Of a DNA stretch of 64,000 nucleotides, positions 1 through 10,030 are shown one piece after another (the first letter of the stretch is position 1; each line of letters begins with the position of its first letter). The DNA comes from Candidatus Sulfotelmatobacter sp. (lineage in GTDB: Bacteria > Acidobacteriota > Terriglobia > Terriglobales > Acidobacteriaceae). The notes below the pieces were generated by a model. The model searched no databases. It saw only the letters and a program-made list of their open reading frames with translations, and was not told the DNA's origin. Both the position numbers and the translations under genes were made by a program. The stretch spans positions 2,324 to 66,323 of the forward strand of contig JBAVQD010000048.1 in NCBI GenBank assembly GCA_049693675.1. The letters run 5' to 3'.

Positions 1-59
1 TCTGCTGCAGCGCTTGTTCCTGGACTTGAGCTTTATCCAACAGAGCTCGCATCGAAACG

Positions 60-290
60 TCATTGGTTTGCTTTACTAGCTCTCAGTTCCGCCTTGCCAT
101 TGATGATGAATTCCGCGATTTGCACATACGCTGCTCCGTTCGGGCCGTCGTAAAGTTCAATTGCGTTAACCGGAACTTCCTTCGCGCCAACAGTGGTTCG
201 GGGAAGGGAAGCCAACAGCACAACCGCAAGCGTATTGCACACGACGACGCGAAGCGCGCAGGGCCAAAAGCTACGAAACGAGGACGCCAT
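60..290 (-). CDS. hypothetical small secreted protein (76 aa from internal ATG)
   Basis: ORF 60..377(-). Internal ATG at 290 is preceded by an AGGAAA SD-like motif. MASSFRSFWPCALRVVVCNTLAVVLLASLP looks like a signal peptide. No family recognised. Confidence 0.35.
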   Translation of the reverse strand: MASSFRSFWPCALRVVVCNTLAVVLLASLPRTTVGAKEVPVNAIELYDGPNGAAYVQIAEFIINGKAELRASKANQ

Positions 291-569
291 AGTTTTCCTG
301 GAAATCTCGCGCCGGCCGTGACGCTCGGAGCACCGAGAGACTGGGCTGCCAGAGGTACGGCAATAATACTCACACATATCTTGAAGTCAAGCAGGGAAAC
401 GCCCCGCAAACTTATGAGTTGTTCGCGGCCGATCTGCAGGAAGCGCTGCAAAGGCAGCCTATCCCCGATGAGCAGGGGCTTCTCGTAGCCATCGAAGAAA
501 ATCCGCCGCGAACGAAATCATCCGACCAGCGCACCGGCGGTTTTTCCACGACGAAGTTGTCTGCATTCG

Positions 570-1118
570 ATGTACCGGAAAACGAACCCAGCTGGATGGC
601 TTCCCACCGCCTGCTCGTTTTCTCTCGGGGCGGCAGCAGTGCTGGTCTTGGCAACCGTGTATGCGATCCCCGCGCTGCACAAGCGCCCTGAGACAGTGAA
701 CGCGCCGGTAAATAACAATCTCCCGGTAAATGGCAAGATGGTAAATAACAATATCAACGACGCACCGCAGCCGGCGAAACCTGCGGTTCTGCAGAACGAT
801 GCTGTTTCCCCTGCGCCTCATCCGATGCAACCGGCGAAAGTCGCAACCGCCGCTGCCAGCCTCGGCCGCAAGCCGGAAGCGCCGAAAACAGTTCCACCGG
901 CGTCCGCGCCAGTTGAAGTGAAGCCGCTCGCCGAGTACGAAGGTTTCACTGCCAGAGATGTTCCTCTACTGCTCAGAAAAGCCGAAGCCGATGCCGGGGC
1001 TGGCGACTATGATTCCAGCCGCCACGAATACGACATCATCCTGCACCTCGAGCCCGGCAATCAGGCCGCCAAGGCCGGCCTGTCTCGCGTGAACCTGAGC
1101 GTCGACCGCAACCACTGA
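570..1118 (+). CDS. hypothetical membrane-anchored protein, Pro/Ala-rich linker, short TPR-like C-terminus
   Basis: 182-aa ORF with an N-terminal hydrophobic segment (LGAAAVLVLATVYAIPAL). C-terminus reads DYDSSRHEYDIILHLEPGNQAAKAGL. Confidence 0.5.
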   Translation: MYRKTNPAGWLPTACSFSLGAAAVLVLATVYAIPALHKRPETVNAPVNNNLPVNGKMVNNNINDAPQPAKPAVLQNDAVSPAPHPMQPAKVATAAASLGRKPEAPKTVPPASAPVEVKPLAEYEGFTARDVPLLLRKAEADAGAGDYDSSRHEYDIILHLEPGNQAAKAGLSRVNLSVDRNH

Positions 1119-1160
1119 TCTTTCCTCTTATGATCTTTCCTCTTATGATCTATCCTGAGA
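1116..1160. repeat. 15-bp tandem repeat (2 perfect copies plus 1 degenerate) starting at the stop codon of the upstream CDS
   Basis: tgatctttcctctta / tgatctttcctctta / tgatctatcctgaga, read directly. Confidence 0.7.
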
Positions 1161-1362
1161 TCGGCCCTCGGGATTTTTCTTGACTTGTTCCGCCTCCGAG
1201 GAGCAAGATTTGCGTCACTTCCCTGTGTGTGCGACGTAGCAAGCCCACGGGGCCCCCCAACCAGATGAGGTCGAGATTCACCCAGGCAAACTCGGGTGCG
1301 TAACGTTTTTGCCGATGAAGTCACTATAGGAATTAACGCTTTCTGACCCTCAGGAGGTTGCG

Positions 1363-2997
1363 ATGAAATCCGATAACACAACTATGAATAAGCTGCAGAG
1401 ATTTGTCCTCTTCTTTGTCATCATGGCGCTTCCGTCTCTTGCTTGGGGCCAGAAGAAAAGCGCGCCATCAGCGCCCAAGCCGGCGCCTCATGTTTCCGCT
1501 CCTGCTCACCCTGCCGCGCACACCTCCACTCCGAGCCATACATCCACCGCCGGACATTCCACTACGGGCGCGAGGCCCGGTACAGCCCGACCGGGAACTA
1601 CCACCAGGACCGGCACCACGGCTCGCACTTCAACCGCCGGACGCACCGGAACAGCCGGCAGATCGAATACCACAGCCGGCCGCGGCAATACTACCGGCAA
1701 GCCCGGAACGGTAGGAAAAAGCGGAGCACCCGGAAGGCCCGGCGGAGCCACTCGCGCCAGCGCCAGCCGCACGCCTCCCGGAAGAACGGTCGCACTCAAA
1801 GGCGGAGGTCACGCCAGCATCCGTCCCAATGGCCAAATCCGCTCCGTCGATCGAAACGGGATGCACATCGAGCATGGTATGCACGGCGGCCGAACCGTAG
1901 TGAGCGAACATAACGGCGCTCGCGTCGTCACCACCGGAAGACACGGCGGTTACGTGCAGCGTCCTTACGCTGTTCGCAATGGCCACACTTACGTCTCCCG
2001 CACCTACGTTGTGAACGGCCACGCATACTCTCACGTCTACCGCTCTTACTATTACGGCGGGCATCCCTACTACGGTTACTATCCTGCCTATTACTACAAT
2101 CCCGGATTCTACGGATGGGCTTACAACCCGTGGGCGGCTCCAGTGGCCTGGGGCTGGGGTTGGGGTGCAGCGCCGTGGTACGGCTTCTACGGCGGATATT
2201 TCGCTCCCTACGCGGTATATCCGAGTGCCGCATTCTGGTTGACGGATTACCTGATTTCCGCGAATCTGCAAGCCGCCTATGCGGCTCAAGCCGAAGCGAA
2301 CGCCGCGCAAGCCGGCGGTGGAGGTGGCGATGCGGGTGCCGCTCCCGCTCAAGATAACAGTGGCGGCGGAGGAGATCAGGACGCCTCAGCGTCCAACTCC
2401 GGCACCGTCGCCCTCACTCCTGAAGTGAAGCAGGCAATCGCCGAAGAAGTAAAAGCGCAACTCGCCGCCGAGCAGACCTCCTCCGCTCAACCCGCTGCCG
2501 CTGGCGCTGCAGCCACACCCGCCGCAACCACCGCCAGCACCGGCGAAGTACCGGCCGCGCTCGATCCGGCGCACACTACGTTCATCGTCGCCAGCGACCT
2601 CGCGGTGGTCGCCGACGGCCAGGAATGCGGACTCACCGGCGGCGATGTACTTACGCGCACCAGCACCACGCCCGATTCCGACCAGAAAGTGACGGCCATC
2701 GTCACCAGCAGCAAGAAATCCGATTGTGCCTCCGGCAAAACCGTCGCCGTTTCCGTCGACGACCTGCAGGAAATGCACAACCATTTCCAGGAGCAGATGG
2801 ATGATGGCCTGAAGACGCTTGCCTCCAAACAGGGCACCGGCGGCCTTCCCAAAGCTCCCGACACTTCCACCGTTGGCGGCGAAGTTCCCCAACCTCCGCC
2901 GGATAATTCCGCGGCAAACACGCTGCAGGATCAGCAGGCTGCCGCCGATCAAACCGAAGCGCAAGTTGTGAAGGAGGCCTTCAACCAGGGCTCGTGA
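1363..2997 (+). CDS. secreted low-complexity protein (basic Thr/Gly/Arg-rich region, Tyr/Trp/Gly-rich aromatic segment, acidic Ala/Gln-rich C-terminal half)
   Basis: GGAGG SD about 8 nt upstream of the ATG. Signal peptide reads FVLFFVIMALPSLAWGQ. 544-aa ORF with coding-like composition. No family recognised. Confidence 0.7.
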   Translation: MKSDNTTMNKLQRFVLFFVIMALPSLAWGQKKSAPSAPKPAPHVSAPAHPAAHTSTPSHTSTAGHSTTGARPGTARPGTTTRTGTTARTSTAGRTGTAGRSNTTAGRGNTTGKPGTVGKSGAPGRPGGATRASASRTPPGRTVALKGGGHASIRPNGQIRSVDRNGMHIEHGMHGGRTVVSEHNGARVVTTGRHGGYVQRPYAVRNGHTYVSRTYVVNGHAYSHVYRSYYYGGHPYYGYYPAYYYNPGFYGWAYNPWAAPVAWGWGWGAAPWYGFYGGYFAPYAVYPSAAFWLTDYLISANLQAAYAAQAEANAAQAGGGGGDAGAAPAQDNSGGGGDQDASASNSGTVALTPEVKQAIAEEVKAQLAAEQTSSAQPAAAGAAATPAATTASTGEVPAALDPAHTTFIVASDLAVVADGQECGLTGGDVLTRTSTTPDSDQKVTAIVTSSKKSDCASGKTVAVSVDDLQEMHNHFQEQMDDGLKTLASKQGTGGLPKAPDTSTVGGEVPQPPPDNSAANTLQDQQAAADQTEAQVVKEAFNQGS

Positions 2998-3091
2998 CGC
3001 TGTTGGTTCTCCGACGACGTGAGTGTGGCCGCGATTTGCGGATCGGGCGGGCATCTAAGGCTCTAGGCCGAAGATCTCTCACGGTGAAAGT

Positions 3092-3994
3092 ATGTCAAAC
3101 ACTATTCCCGCGATGCCCCCGGGCCAGTTCGAGGAGGGTATCCTCTCATTTCCCGGCGTGGAAGAGGCTAGGCGGGATCCACTTTACATAGACTCCGGTT
3201 ACATTCTTGATGAACTCAGTGACCACGCACCGTGGAAACTTTCGCTGCTTTACGGCGATGGAGCCGCGTTATCGATTCCTCTGGAAGTCATGTTCTTTGA
3301 ACCCCTGAAGGGGGCAAAGATAACAGTCTTTCGCAGACACAAGGCCAGTGGCCGCATCATTCCGTGTCAAATCTCTCTAGACAACCCAAGTCTTCGTGAC
3401 AGCTCACTGAATAAGTTGCCGGCGGATGAGGTGATGCGGCGTATCGTACCGCCGCGGTTCGACCCGACGCTGACTCCGTCCATCACGGCAACTTTAAATC
3501 TTGAGCAGAATATCTTTCTGACTCTTGGATTTCTAAAAGTTATCCAACTTCAGTTGTTGAACCCTGTATTGTTTGGCTGGGCTCCTGGGGCTGCGGCCGA
3601 CGGGGCAACCAGCGCTGCTCTTCGAGGCCTCGCGCGACGCAGTGCCGTGGTCACGGCGGACGCCGCTACACTGGCGACGCGTGTCGGGTCCGAGGTCTCC
3701 AGTCTTCCGGTAAATCGCTTTCAGCAGTTCCTGGAAGCCGCCCGGCGTATTTCCATGGCGGGAGCCTCCCCTGCGACGAAGGCCGACGCTATTGAGGCGG
3801 TGGCACAACGGCTGGGATTGGAAATCGGCGGTCGATCCGCCATGCAGGGCGGAAGGATTCTAATCGTCGCGAAGGACGCTAAGACCGCTCTCCAGATAGC
3901 TGCGGATGGTTCGGTGTCCTTCGGACGCGTCGTAATAAACGGAGGAGTACTAGACATCGTCCAGCCAGTTACCATCCGAGCCTTGAAGATATAG
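3092..3994 (+). CDS. hypothetical protein
   Basis: 300-aa ORF. The 5' half is visibly less GC-rich than its surroundings. No recognisable motifs. Confidence 0.5.
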   Translation: MSNTIPAMPPGQFEEGILSFPGVEEARRDPLYIDSGYILDELSDHAPWKLSLLYGDGAALSIPLEVMFFEPLKGAKITVFRRHKASGRIIPCQISLDNPSLRDSSLNKLPADEVMRRIVPPRFDPTLTPSITATLNLEQNIFLTLGFLKVIQLQLLNPVLFGWAPGAAADGATSAALRGLARRSAVVTADAATLATRVGSEVSSLPVNRFQQFLEAARRISMAGASPATKADAIEAVAQRLGLEIGGRSAMQGGRILIVAKDAKTALQIAADGSVSFGRVVINGGVLDIVQPVTIRALKI

Positions 3995-4022
3995 CTCGGT
4001 TAGCGCAGCAACCCCCGTCACT

Positions 4023-5717
4023 TCACTGCCGGTTCTTTAGTAGTTCTTCTTCCGTCTGTTGCGCTCGTTGCGCTTGATCCAGCAACTGCTTCGCCGCTTT
4101 GTTATTTGGATCGGCCGACGCTTGCCGGAAGCAGTCGATGGCAGAGGCATAATCCCCTGTATCCAAAAACGCAATCCCTTTATTGACCAGCGACTCGGAA
4201 GTTACAGTCGCCACAGCCGGCATCACGATCAGCCGGTTGTGCACGTGACTCACGCCCGGCACCGAACCGGCAAGCCATTCCGCCAGCGCGGAGTCCTCAA
4301 TGCCTTGCACCGCTCCATCGAGCGTTACATCGCGATCGTTTGACACCCACACTCTAAGATCCGCACCGCGCAGAGTCGGCGACGGAGCATCCTTCAACGT
4401 CTGCATCACATCGCTCTTTATTCTGGCCCGCCTGGCCGATTGAAATTTCAGATATCCCGCCCCTCCAACCAGCGCCGCCGCCAGCAAAACAATTATGACG
4501 CGCAGCAACAGCTTCGCGTTAAGACTACGCGGCGGCATAAACACATGCTGCGCAGTACTATTGATCACCGCCGGATCCGGCGAAGCAGGGCTCTGCACAA
4601 TCACACCGGAGGGTAGGGAACTGACGAGCATAGAAGCCGCGCTCGTCGTTGGTGGAACTCCTGGAGGAGTTACAACCGCAACGCCTGAGGCCGCCGAAGC
4701 TGGCGTAGCCTGCAAAGTCGGCCCTGGAGTCGCAGCGCCTGCTGTGACCGCGGCAACGCCGTGCGCCGTCACTTGATCCAGAGCCGCAACAAATTCTTCC
4801 GCCGTCTGAAACCGGTTCTCCCGCGATTTCTCCATCGCCTTTAGAATCACCTGCGACAGCGCGGAAGGAATATGCAGTTCCGGCTTCACCTCATGCGGAG
4901 GCCGCACACTCGTCTGCAGATGTTGCAGCATGAGCGCGTATGGAGTCTCGGCTTCGAACGGAAGTTGCGCCGTTATCATCTGGTACAGCACCACCCCCAG
5001 CGAATAAATATCCGTGCGCCCATCAACCTCTCCGCCAGCCTTTTTCCCCAGGAATTGTTCCGGCGACATATATAAAGGAGTGCCGACCACCATGCCGGTC
5101 ATCGTCATCTCCGGCCGGTCCTCGCCCGCAGCCTCGCGCAGCTTCGCAATTCCGAAATCGAGCACCTTGGCGGTCTCCTGCCCCTGCTCGTCGACCGTAA
5201 GAATAATGTTGCCCGGCTTCAAATCGCGATGCACGATGCCGAGCTTGTGCGCCACACCAATCGCCAGTCCTACCTGCCGCGCAATCCGAATGGCGCGCGG
5301 AACCGCCAGTGCGCCTTCTTTCTGAAGAACCTCACTCACGTTCTTCCCCTCCACCAGCTCCATCACGATGAAGGGTCTTCCATCTTCCGTGTAATCGAAA
5401 TCTTCCACCCGCACCGCATTCGGATGCCGCAGCTTGCGCGCAACAATGGCTTCCGTCTGAAAGCGCTGCAAAAAGCTGGCATTGCCCGCAATGTCATCGT
5501 TGACAATCTTGATGGCGCAAATCTCGTTGAACGTGAGATGACGTCCGCGATAAACCAGCCCCATGCCGCCGATCCCAATCCGTTCGATGATCTGATATTT
5601 ATTGCGGATGATCATCCCCGGCTGAAGTTCGTGCGCCACCTGCAGCCGCGTGTGATCCGTCGGACACACGTCATGCTCGGTGGAGTAAGTCTTCTGGCAT
5701 GCGGTGCAATATTTCAT
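4023..5717 (-). CDS. Ser/Thr protein kinase with N-terminal zinc-ribbon, TM segment, BON-like domain and TPR-like tail
   Basis: N-terminal zinc-ribbon CTACQ...CPTD. Hanks kinase motifs GIGGMGLVYRG, AIK, HRDLKPGNI, DFG, PLYMSPEQ. TM segment LLLRVIIVLLAAALVGGAGY. BON-like stretch DLRVWVSNDRDVTLDGAV...VSHVHNRL. Confidence 0.9.
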   Translation of the reverse strand: MKYCTACQKTYSTEHDVCPTDHTRLQVAHELQPGMIIRNKYQIIERIGIGGMGLVYRGRHLTFNEICAIKIVNDDIAGNASFLQRFQTEAIVARKLRHPNAVRVEDFDYTEDGRPFIVMELVEGKNVSEVLQKEGALAVPRAIRIARQVGLAIGVAHKLGIVHRDLKPGNIILTVDEQGQETAKVLDFGIAKLREAAGEDRPEMTMTGMVVGTPLYMSPEQFLGKKAGGEVDGRTDIYSLGVVLYQMITAQLPFEAETPYALMLQHLQTSVRPPHEVKPELHIPSALSQVILKAMEKSRENRFQTAEEFVAALDQVTAHGVAAVTAGAATPGPTLQATPASAASGVAVVTPPGVPPTTSAASMLVSSLPSGVIVQSPASPDPAVINSTAQHVFMPPRSLNAKLLLRVIIVLLAAALVGGAGYLKFQSARRARIKSDVMQTLKDAPSPTLRGADLRVWVSNDRDVTLDGAVQGIEDSALAEWLAGSVPGVSHVHNRLIVMPAVATVTSESLVNKGIAFLDTGDYASAIDCFRQASADPNNKAAKQLLDQAQRAQQTEEELLKNRQ

Positions 5718-5750
5718 GAGTTGCTCTGGGAATCAGCAATACTTATGTGG

Positions 5751-5796
5751 GGACAGCCGCCCCTTCGACAAGCTCAGGGCAGGCTCTCGGCTGTCC
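5751..5796. repeat. REP-like palindromic element (ggacagccg ... cggctgtcc)
   Basis: 9-bp perfect inverted repeat with a 28-nt spacer in the kinase/Sel1 intergenic region. Further small hairpins follow up to about 5850. Confidence 0.6.
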
Positions 5797-6021
5797 GCCG
5801 AGCGCAGCGAGGACTCAGCCGATTCCGCCCCAAGCGGCGACAAGCCGCCAATTCGCGTAAAAGAGTAGCACGGAATCCGTACCCAGCGTTACTTTCTAAC
5901 TGTGGCAGGAACGCGCGAGGGATGCTCGGCATTTCCGCACTCCGCATTGACTTCGTCTCTCAGCCGACTTAATATCGCCCCCATGTTCCCGCGGAATTTC
6001 AGGCCGAACGGGAATCCGCAC

Positions 6022-6816
6022 ATGAACGTTCGCCATTCACTCGCTAATCTTGTATTAATCTCTGCTGTCGCGGCAGCTCTTGCCTGCGGGCTCGTCTCCT
6101 CACAAACGCAGAATTTCCCCGCGCTTCACAAACAGGCCAAAGAAGGAAATGCCGAAGCCCAGTACGAATTAGCCAAAGACTATTACACCGGTACAGGCGT
6201 TCCCAAGGACTCCAAACAGGGGCTTGAGTGGTTGCGCAAATCCGCTGATCAGGGCCATCCCGGCGCGGAGTTCGCGCTGGCCGTCCTTTACAGAAAAGGG
6301 GAACTAAAAGATCCAAAGCAGGGATTAGTGTGGTTGCAGAAATCTGCAGCGCACAACAATGCCGCGGCCGAGTATGAATTGGGCTGCCTGTTTCGTGACG
6401 GTGAAGGCGGCGTTTCAAGAAATCCGCATGAAGCCGCATTATGGCTTCGCAAAGCCGCACGCCAAAAAAATGAGCTCGCTCAAAATGGCCTGGAGCGGAT
6501 GCTCAAGAAAGGCACTATCTCGCGGCAGGAAGCAAACTGGCGCGCTCCCGATCTGGTCGCAAAAAATACAGAACCGGTGATCCAAGCGAAAAGCGAGCCG
6601 CAGCCAGACCCAAAAACAGAAAACGCAAAGCCATTCTCTCTGCTCGAAGTAGAAAAAGGACTTCAGGGCGGAATCACCTGCAAGCGGCTCGCAACTCTCG
6701 TCGGCAAATTTAAAGTAGATTTTTCTCTAAGCGACGATATGCGTCAACGCCTCAGCAAAGCTGGAGCCGACGACAATTTGCTGGCCACGATTTCCGCTTC
6801 CCGGCGTCCGTTGTAA
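6022..6816 (+). CDS. Sel1-repeat (SLR) protein, secreted
   Basis: At least three Sel1 repeats (AEAQYELAKDYYTGTGVPKDSKQGLEWLRKSADQGH, AEFALAVLY..., AEYELGCLFRDGEGG...AALWLRKAA). Start placed at MNVRHSLANLVLISAVAAALA (signal peptide). The ORF track starts at a GTG at 5902. Confidence 0.85.
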   Translation: MNVRHSLANLVLISAVAAALACGLVSSQTQNFPALHKQAKEGNAEAQYELAKDYYTGTGVPKDSKQGLEWLRKSADQGHPGAEFALAVLYRKGELKDPKQGLVWLQKSAAHNNAAAEYELGCLFRDGEGGVSRNPHEAALWLRKAARQKNELAQNGLERMLKKGTISRQEANWRAPDLVAKNTEPVIQAKSEPQPDPKTENAKPFSLLEVEKGLQGGITCKRLATLVGKFKVDFSLSDDMRQRLSKAGADDNLLATISASRRPL

Positions 6817-6867
6817 TCTGCGCCTGCGGCCGCACGCGCGAAACTCCAAACTGGTCGTCCTCGGCAG

Positions 6868-7812
6868 TTAAGCGTTGGTTGCGCGATGCTTCGCAGCGGT
6901 AATCTTTGCAGTGCGCGCTGCAAGGTCTTCGAAAGAAGGTACGGACTCGGGAACGATCAGTTTCCGCTCGGGTGGCTGAACTCCAGTGCCAATCGCTTCC
7001 GTGAGCATCTCTAACGCCAGGTCAGTGATGGGACGTATATAAATTGTCGCCGCCAGCACTCCGCTTCGTACCCAGGCCTGTCCGGTCTTCGGCAAGCCAT
7101 CGCATCCGGTGAATGGAATCTTCAGCCAGCGCTCGCGGTCGCTTCCTGCGATCTCCTCAAAAGCTTTTCTCGCACCCGCTGCCATGCTGTCATCTTGCGC
7201 TCCCACCAGATCGATGTGCGTCTCTTGTGACGTGCGCAATCGCAACCACGAAGTGACTGCCCGGTGTGCACTCTGCTCCGTCCAGTTCGCTCGCATCGTC
7301 TTCACTTGAATATTCTCGGGCTTGGTCCGATTCATACCGGCAGTTCGCTCATGGGCCGCGGAACTGTTCGCTGGACCCTCGAGATATAAAATCGAACCGC
7401 CCTGCGGCAGTAACGCCGCAAACTGTTTGCCCTGAATCTCCCCCACCTCGCCGTGATCGGAACTGATGGAGAATACCGGCACCTGGCAAGTCTGCCGGAG
7501 TTGGTGAACATAATCCGCCTCGTGATTCAGAATCACCCAGCCAATATCCGCGGCCGTAGCCGCTCGCGCCACTTGCGGGAACCCGGTTCCACCCGCAGGC
7601 TCGAACACAATCGCATCGGGACGCGTCGCCGCCGCTCCCTGAATGTAGTGCAGCAACTGCTGGCTCTGCGTCACCGCATCATTGTTGGCGTGGATGATTT
7701 TCAGGTCCACGCCCAACCGCCGAGCAGCTTTCTCCGCCGCGGCCGCCTGCTCTTGCTGATAGTCGTTGTCGTCGTTGGTGAGAGAGACCAGGAAATTGAG
7801 TTTTTTCATCAC
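6868..7812 (-). CDS. periplasmic-binding-protein type I (sugar-binding/LacI-ligand-domain-like) protein without an obvious signal peptide
   Basis: MMKKLNFLVSLTNDDNDYQQEQ...GVDLKIIHANNDAVTQSQQL resembles ribose-binding-protein-like folds. 314-aa ORF. Confidence 0.7.
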   Translation of the reverse strand: MMKKLNFLVSLTNDDNDYQQEQAAAAEKAARRLGVDLKIIHANNDAVTQSQQLLHYIQGAAATRPDAIVFEPAGGTGFPQVARAATAADIGWVILNHEADYVHQLRQTCQVPVFSISSDHGEVGEIQGKQFAALLPQGGSILYLEGPANSSAAHERTAGMNRTKPENIQVKTMRANWTEQSAHRAVTSWLRLRTSQETHIDLVGAQDDSMAAGARKAFEEIAGSDRERWLKIPFTGCDGLPKTGQAWVRSGVLAATIYIRPITDLALEMLTEAIGTGVQPPERKLIVPESVPSFEDLAARTAKITAAKHRATNA

Positions 7813-8112
7813 CGCCCCAGGCCTCCATCATAGCCAACTTTCCGGCTCTTCGTTGGTAACCAGAGTAACGAAGGATTTCGCCTTCGATAATTTCAGGATT
7901 GCAATTTACAAACAATCGGACTACCAGAGAAGCGACGTCCTGGTTTTTATTTTCGTTGGAAAACCTCCTCGATGCCGTAACCCGTTGTCGCGGCTATATT
8001 TCTGAACCATCACGGGTGATAACCAACCGAATACCTCCACCCAACGGCGCGATTGCTTTATAGGCGCAGTTCTGCGGTAATCCAAAGCGGAAGATGTTTC
8101 TCTAAACTTTCT

Positions 8113-8472
8113 ATGAACACCGTATTGCCGCAAAAAATGGAATCTGTTGAAGACTCTGCCAGTCGGCCTGGGACGCAGCTTTTCGTGCGCTCGCAATCCG
8201 TAGTTTCACGCCGCGTCGCCGGAGAAACTTTGATCGTTCCCGTGCGCGGCAAAGTCGGAGATCTGGCGTCGATCTACAGCTTCAACTCAACCGGCTCTTT
8301 GATCTGGCAATCGCTCGAATTGCCCAAGTGCTTTGAGGAACTCGTCAGCGCTGTCGAAAGCGAATATGCGGTCGAGCGCGATCAGGCGGAGCAGGACGTG
8401 AAACAGTTCTTGCAAGACATGCTGGCGGCAGATTTGGTGCAAATTCGCGATTCACTGCAAATGGTGGGATAA
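8113..8472 (+). CDS. PqqD-family peptide chaperone (RRE domain protein)
   Basis: VSRRVAGETLIVPVRGKVGDLASIYSFNSTGSLIWQSL...ELVSAVESEYAVERDQAEQDVKQFLQDMLAADLV is a typical PqqD/RRE pattern. Start moved to the ATG at 8113. Confidence 0.85.
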   Translation: MNTVLPQKMESVEDSASRPGTQLFVRSQSVVSRRVAGETLIVPVRGKVGDLASIYSFNSTGSLIWQSLELPKCFEELVSAVESEYAVERDQAEQDVKQFLQDMLAADLVQIRDSLQMVG

Positions 8473-8484
8473 ATCAGGGGGACC

Positions 8485-9744
8485 ATGGAACAACTGAGTT
8501 ACGGAGCATTCAGCGCCGACCTGCACCAGCGTCAATCCGGTAAGCGCGCGCCCACGCAGGTTTCCATCGAAGTCACCCGCCGCTGTCCGCTGGAATGCCA
8601 GCACTGCTACAACAATCTTCCCATGGGCGATCAATCCGCCCGCAGCCGTGAAATGACCACCGAAGAACATTTCAAAATGCTCGACGAGTTAGTCGAGATG
8701 GGTTGCTTCTGGCTCCTCTACACCGGCGGCGAAATTTTCGCCCGCAAGGACTTTCTCGAGATCTACACCTACGCCAAGAAAAAAGGCTTCCTGATCACTC
8801 TCTTCACCAACGGCACGATGATCACGGAAAAGATCGCAGACTATCTGGTCGAATGGCCGCCCTTCGCCATCGAGATCACGCTCTACGGCCGCACCCGCGA
8901 AATCTACGAAGCCCTCACAATGATCCCCGGCTCCTACGACCGCTGCCTGCGCGGTATCAAACTCCTGCGCGAAAGAGGGTTGCCGCTCAAGCTGAAAACG
9001 GTCGCGACCAGCATCAACAAGCATGAAGTTGTCTCGATGAGGCAGTTCGCCGAAGAAGAACTGGGAGTCGAGTTCAAGATCGACGGACAGATTAATCCCC
9101 GTATCGACTGCTCCCAAAGTCCGCTCGCCGTGCGGCTCACACCCGAAGAGGTTGTCGCACTTGACCTGCATTCTCCGAAAGGAATAAGCGAATACCGGAG
9201 GTTAGCAAAACACGATTTGGAAAAGCCGCCGAACCTTACTCAAATCGACACTCAGTATTTTTGCGGGGGCGGTATGGAGTCATTTGCCGTCAACGCATAT
9301 GGGGAGATGGGGATTTGTATCCTCTCGCAACAAGAAACCTTCGATGTCCGGCAGGACGGTCTGAGAAAGTCATGGGACGATTCTCTGTATTCGTTGCGAA
9401 TGCGCAAACGCACGCGCCTGACAAAATGCATCGAGTGTCGAATCCAATCCTTGTGCGCAATGTGTCCTGCTAATGGCGAAATGGAAAATGGCGATCGCGA
9501 AACTCCGGTAGCGTTTCTTTGCAACGTTGCTCATCTGCGGGCCGTCGCGGTAGGAGTCGATATCCCTGCCCACGGAGAGTGCGAATTCTGCGCCGGAGGA
9601 AGTGAGCACGACTCGCTGCTCGAATCAGCACGCCGCATAGCGACTCGGGAAATCGATGTAGAAAGTTGGACGGCGCCGCATCAGCTTTTACCGATATTAA
9701 ACAACGCGTCTGCCGGCGGATGCGGAAATTGCGCCGGCCACTAG
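8485..9744 (+). CDS. radical SAM / SPASM-domain peptide-modifying enzyme
   Basis: CPLECQHCYN (CxxxCxxC) near the N-terminus and a GGE motif (YTGGEIF). C-terminal auxiliary-cluster pattern CGGG...GEMGIC...CIECRIQSLCAMC...FLC. Starts 12 nt after the PqqD stop. Confidence 0.9.
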   Translation: MEQLSYGAFSADLHQRQSGKRAPTQVSIEVTRRCPLECQHCYNNLPMGDQSARSREMTTEEHFKMLDELVEMGCFWLLYTGGEIFARKDFLEIYTYAKKKGFLITLFTNGTMITEKIADYLVEWPPFAIEITLYGRTREIYEALTMIPGSYDRCLRGIKLLRERGLPLKLKTVATSINKHEVVSMRQFAEEELGVEFKIDGQINPRIDCSQSPLAVRLTPEEVVALDLHSPKGISEYRRLAKHDLEKPPNLTQIDTQYFCGGGMESFAVNAYGEMGICILSQQETFDVRQDGLRKSWDDSLYSLRMRKRTRLTKCIECRIQSLCAMCPANGEMENGDRETPVAFLCNVAHLRAVAVGVDIPAHGECEFCAGGSEHDSLLESARRIATREIDVESWTAPHQLLPILNNASAGGCGNCAGH

Positions 9745-9807
9745 CTAAGGATTTGAACGTCGGGTGCGAACAGGCGCCGAAAGAAGATGCATAAGCGTGG
9801 GGGCTGA

Positions 9808-9978
9808 ATGAAGGATGAATTGAGGCACGCCGAGGGCAAAAAGTCCTACGAGCCACCGCTCCTTAAGACGATCAATTTGCGACCTGAGGAAGCGGTTCTG
9901 GGACACTGCAAAACTTCCACCGGCGGCGGGATCCAGATTGGATGTCAGTTTTTTACTTGCAGTTCCGTCGGATCCTAG
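9808..9978 (+). CDS. candidate RiPP precursor peptide, 56 aa (absent from the ORF track, which lists only ORFs >=60 aa)
   Basis: Hand translation: MKDELRHAEGKKSYEPPLLKTINLRPEEAVLGHCKTSTGGGIQIGCQFFTCSSVGS*. Charged leader followed by a small-residue, 3-Cys core with a C-terminal Ser. A purine-rich tggggg lies 5 nt upstream of the ATG. It fills the gap between the rSAM and kinase genes. Confidence 0.6.
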   Translation: MKDELRHAEGKKSYEPPLLKTINLRPEEAVLGHCKTSTGGGIQIGCQFFTCSSVGS

Positions 9979-10030
9979 AAGTCCGGCACGGAGCATACGG
10001 AAATAATCGCCGGTATCGGAAGGTTAGCAG

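Noticed and set aside
1-52. Possible 5' end of a minus-strand gene leaving the window (MRALLDKAQVQEQALQQ...)
   Set aside because: Only 17 codons are visible, which is too little to support a call.
5902-6021. GTG at 5902 or ATG at 5983 as the start of the Sel1-repeat protein
   Set aside because: The extension has no signal peptide and overlaps the repeat-rich intergenic region. MNVRHSLANLVLISAVAAALA at 6022 gives a proper signal peptide. The assignment remains uncertain.
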